A stretch of 64,000 nt of DNA from an uncultured bacterium (lineage in GTDB: Bacteria; Omnitrophota; Omnitrophia; Omnitrophales; Aquincolibacteriaceae), in the NCBI GenBank assembly GCA_964385615.1, contig CAYLPP010000010.1, positions 21,565-85,564 on the forward strand. The letters are read 5' to 3'. How positions within the stretch are numbered: position 1 is the first letter of the stretch; each line of letters starts with the position of its first letter. Under the pieces are notes generated by a model. It did not search any database and was not told the origin of the DNA. It worked only from the letters and a program-made list of their open reading frames with translations. Positions 61,888 through 64,000 of this stretch are shown here, in pieces. Made by a program: the position numbers and the translations under genes.

Positions 61888-63159
61888 GTGCTTGATCTCA
61901 AATGGATTCGTGAAAACCAGGATCTTTTCCGTAAAGGCCTGGCTGCCAAGAACGCGAAAATAGACGTCGATGAACTTCTGCGTCTCGATAAAGAAAAACG
62001 AGCACTCCTCCAGGAAGTCGAAGATTTAAAAGCCCGCCGGAATGAAGCCAATGAACAGATTACCCGCTTTAAAAAAGAGGGTAAAAATGACCAGGCGAAT
62101 GAGCTTATAGCCTCTCTGAAGTCTATATCCCAAAAAATCAAAGAAATTGATACTTTGGTGGAGGGTTTTACTCAAAGAATAGACAATTTATTACACCTTA
62201 TCCCAAATATGGCCCATGAAACGGTACCGGTTACCAAGGGGCCTGAGGGGAATCAGGTCGTACGGACGTGGGGAGAGCCTAGAAAATTTGATTATAAGCC
62301 GTTGGATCACCTGCAAATTGGAACGGACCGCGGTTGGCTCAACATGGCATGGGGGAGCAAAATAGCGGGTTCCGGGTTTCCTGTTTATACTAATTTCGGT
62401 TCAAGGCTTGAGCGGGCTTTGATTAATTTTATGCTCGATCTTCACACTTCAAAGCACGGATATTCTGAAGTCTGGCCTCCCGCGCTGGTGAATCGTCAAT
62501 CCATGACCGGCACCGGACAGCTTCCTAAGTTTGAAGAAGATATGTATAAGCTTCGGGATGACGAATATTTTTTAATTCCAACCGCTGAAGTTCCCGTGAC
62601 CAATTTGATGCGTGATGAGGTTTTGGAAGAAAAAAATCTTCCGGTCAAATTGACGGCGTATTCTCCCTGCTTTCGAAGAGAGGCAGGTTCTTACGGTAAA
62701 GACACCAAAGGTCTTTCGCGTGTGCATCAGTTCGATAAAATTGAAATGGTTAAATTTGTAAAACCTGAAGATTCCCTGACTGAGCTGGAATCGTTGGTGG
62801 TAAACGCGGAAACGGTTCTGCAGGCGCTGGAGCTTCATTACCGCGTAGTTCTGCTCGGCACCGGAGACTTGAGTTTTTCAGCCGCTAAGTGTTATGATCT
62901 CGAAGCTTGGGCGCCGGGAACCGGAAAATGGTTTGAGGTTTCAAGCTGCAGTACCTTTTGGGATTTTCAAGCGCGGCGGGCCAATATCAGGTTTCGCCGT
63001 GAAAAAACGTCCAAACCTGAATATGTGCATACGCTGAATGGTTCGGGTGTTGCGCTGGCGCGAGTGGTTCTTTGCCTGCTGGAAACAGTCCAGCCGAAAA
63101 ATGATTCCGTCGATCAATTCCCTAAAGCATTACAACCCTATTTGAAGAGTCTCGCTTAA
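61888..63159 (+). CDS. serS: Seryl-tRNA synthetase
   Basis: N-terminal coiled-coil and class-II core motifs; 423 aa. Confidence 0.92.
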   Translation: MLDLKWIRENQDLFRKGLAAKNAKIDVDELLRLDKEKRALLQEVEDLKARRNEANEQITRFKKEGKNDQANELIASLKSISQKIKEIDTLVEGFTQRIDNLLHLIPNMAHETVPVTKGPEGNQVVRTWGEPRKFDYKPLDHLQIGTDRGWLNMAWGSKIAGSGFPVYTNFGSRLERALINFMLDLHTSKHGYSEVWPPALVNRQSMTGTGQLPKFEEDMYKLRDDEYFLIPTAEVPVTNLMRDEVLEEKNLPVKLTAYSPCFRREAGSYGKDTKGLSRVHQFDKIEMVKFVKPEDSLTELESLVVNAETVLQALELHYRVVLLGTGDLSFSAAKCYDLEAWAPGTGKWFEVSSCSTFWDFQARRANIRFRREKTSKPEYVHTLNGSGVALARVVLCLLETVQPKNDSVDQFPKALQPYLKSLA

Positions 63160-63231
63160 AATAGGCTCCATTGAATTTTATAATTCAATGCGACACAGCG
63201 GCGGCTCAAAGAAGACCGTCTGCTGTGCTTG

Positions 63232-63321
63232 GGAGGAGTGGCAGAGTGGCCGAATGCGGCGGTCTTGAAAACCGTTAGACCCGCAAGGGTCTCGTGGGTT
63301 CGAATCCTACCTCCTCCGCCA
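63232..63321 (+). tRNA. tRNA-Ser (anticodon TGA), with encoded CCA
   Basis: GGAGGAG...CTCCTCC acceptor stem, anticodon loop CT-TGA-AA and a long variable arm, read by hand. Confidence 0.8.
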
Positions 63322-63421
63322 TGAATCTTACGGTTCATGATGGCGCCGGCGAAGCTTAAAGAGCGCTTTGCCCTGCGTGGTTGATACGGCGTTGCTCAGA
63401 TGGATTAAGCTGAAAATTATT

Positions 63422-63514
63422 GGAGAGGTGGCCGAGCCCGGTTTAAGGCGGCGGTTTGCTAAACCGCTGTACTGGTGAAAGCCGGTACCGGGGGTTCAAA
63501 TCCCCCCCTCTCCG
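63422..63514 (+). tRNA. tRNA-Ser (anticodon GCT)
   Basis: GGAGAGG...CCTCTCC acceptor stem, anticodon loop TT-GCT-AA, a long variable arm and T-loop GGTTCAAAT, read by hand. Confidence 0.75.
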
Positions 63515-63543
63515 TATTCTAATTTAACCGGGGCCGATCACTC

Positions 63544-64000
63544 ATGAATGCTGGTTTGACAGCAATTTCTGATTCGACCAATCTTCATCAAGCGGGACGC
63601 AACCGGTTTCGCGACACGGTTTTTCTAGCGATTCTCTTTTCCGCGGTTCTCAACGGTTCGTTGCTTTCCATGGCGCATCTGGCCTGGCTGATTCTGGCCA
63701 TTTTTTTCGCGCTCGATCTCAGCTACGCGGTTTATTCCGTTTTTTTCTTCGCCTCTTTCTTTCACCCTTCCGGATTTTTGAAAGATTTATTTTTCAGCAT
63801 AAAACATCTGCACATCGCTTTTTTTCTTCTGGCCGCCGTTCAGATTTTTCAAAATCGATTTTTGCCGACATGGAAAAAGGCATTTCAATCCGCGCCGTAT
63901 TTTTATCTTTTGTTCGCGATTTGCGGGATTGCCCTGGCCTCAGGGATTGCTCACCATGAATCCTGGAAAACGTTTTCACTTACGGCTAATTTCGCGGCTA
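63544..64000 (+). CDS. Integral membrane protein of unknown function (5' part; runs off the window)
   Basis: An open frame from the ATG at 63544 to the window end with no stop and very hydrophobic content. Absent from the ORF track because it is unterminated. Confidence 0.4.
   Translation, partial: MNAGLTAISDSTNLHQAGRNRFRDTVFLAILFSAVLNGSLLSMAHLAWLILAIFFALDLSYAVYSVFFFASFFHPSGFLKDLFFSIKHLHIAFFLLAAVQIFQNRFLPTWKKAFQSAPYFYLLFAICGIALASGIAHHESWKTFSLTANFAA

Noticed and set aside
63322-63543. Possible genomic-island integration at the tandem tRNA-Ser genes
   Set aside because: No integrase, direct repeat of the tRNA 3' end, or compositional shift is visible in the 500 bp available. The downstream ORF is an ordinary-looking membrane protein.
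63794-63979. 61-aa minus-strand ORF from the ORF track
   Set aside because: It is a shadow of the unterminated plus-strand membrane-protein frame starting at 63544.

Overview
This 64-kb segment spans the replication origin of a Gram-negative-type bacterium, with GC content around 52% judged by eye. The arrangement is ...yidC-yidD-rnpA-rpmH | oriC | dnaA-dnaN-dciA-gyrB-gyrA-serS-tRNA-Ser-tRNA-Ser. Every CDS left of about 53.5 kb is on the minus strand and every CDS right of it is on the plus strand, so all are co-oriented with replication. The left arm carries, in order of increasing coordinate: a partial alternative-complex-III pair (actB N-terminus with a TAT signal, and pentaheme actA); a JAMM peptidase and a HAD hydrolase; an exported protein and an OMP of unknown function; a housekeeping block (yraN, rnhB, rplS, trmD, rpsP, murA, prmC, prfA, rpmE, rho, coaE, polA); pilT; a divergent Rnf/Nqr-like cluster with an embedded tandem-DsbA gene; mnmA; biotin genes (bioD, bioA, bioF, bioB) interleaved with a GGDEF protein, a FabF-like KAS, a FabG-like SDR and cysD-cysN; a sulfur island (NIL-domain protein, MoaD/ThiS-type GG carrier, ThrC-like PLP enzyme, CysK, Fe-S APS/PAPS reductase, PHP phosphatase, CysC) driven by a near-consensus sigma70 promoter; tatC; a ROK regulator with a glucoamylase-like hydrolase, a GH94 phosphorylase and an orphan sugar-binding lipoprotein; parB-parA with two parS sites; and mnmG. 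I found no transposase, integrase, CRISPR array or rRNA. The most unusual content is an Rnf-like complex that appears to have lost all of its flavin sites and the RnfB subunit while gaining a membrane-anchored double-DsbA. Second is a sulfur-carrier-protein-linked Cys/Hcy (or cysteate) biosynthesis island with a pseudo-kinase CysN. All calls come from reading the sequence and from remembered family motifs; no database searches were run.
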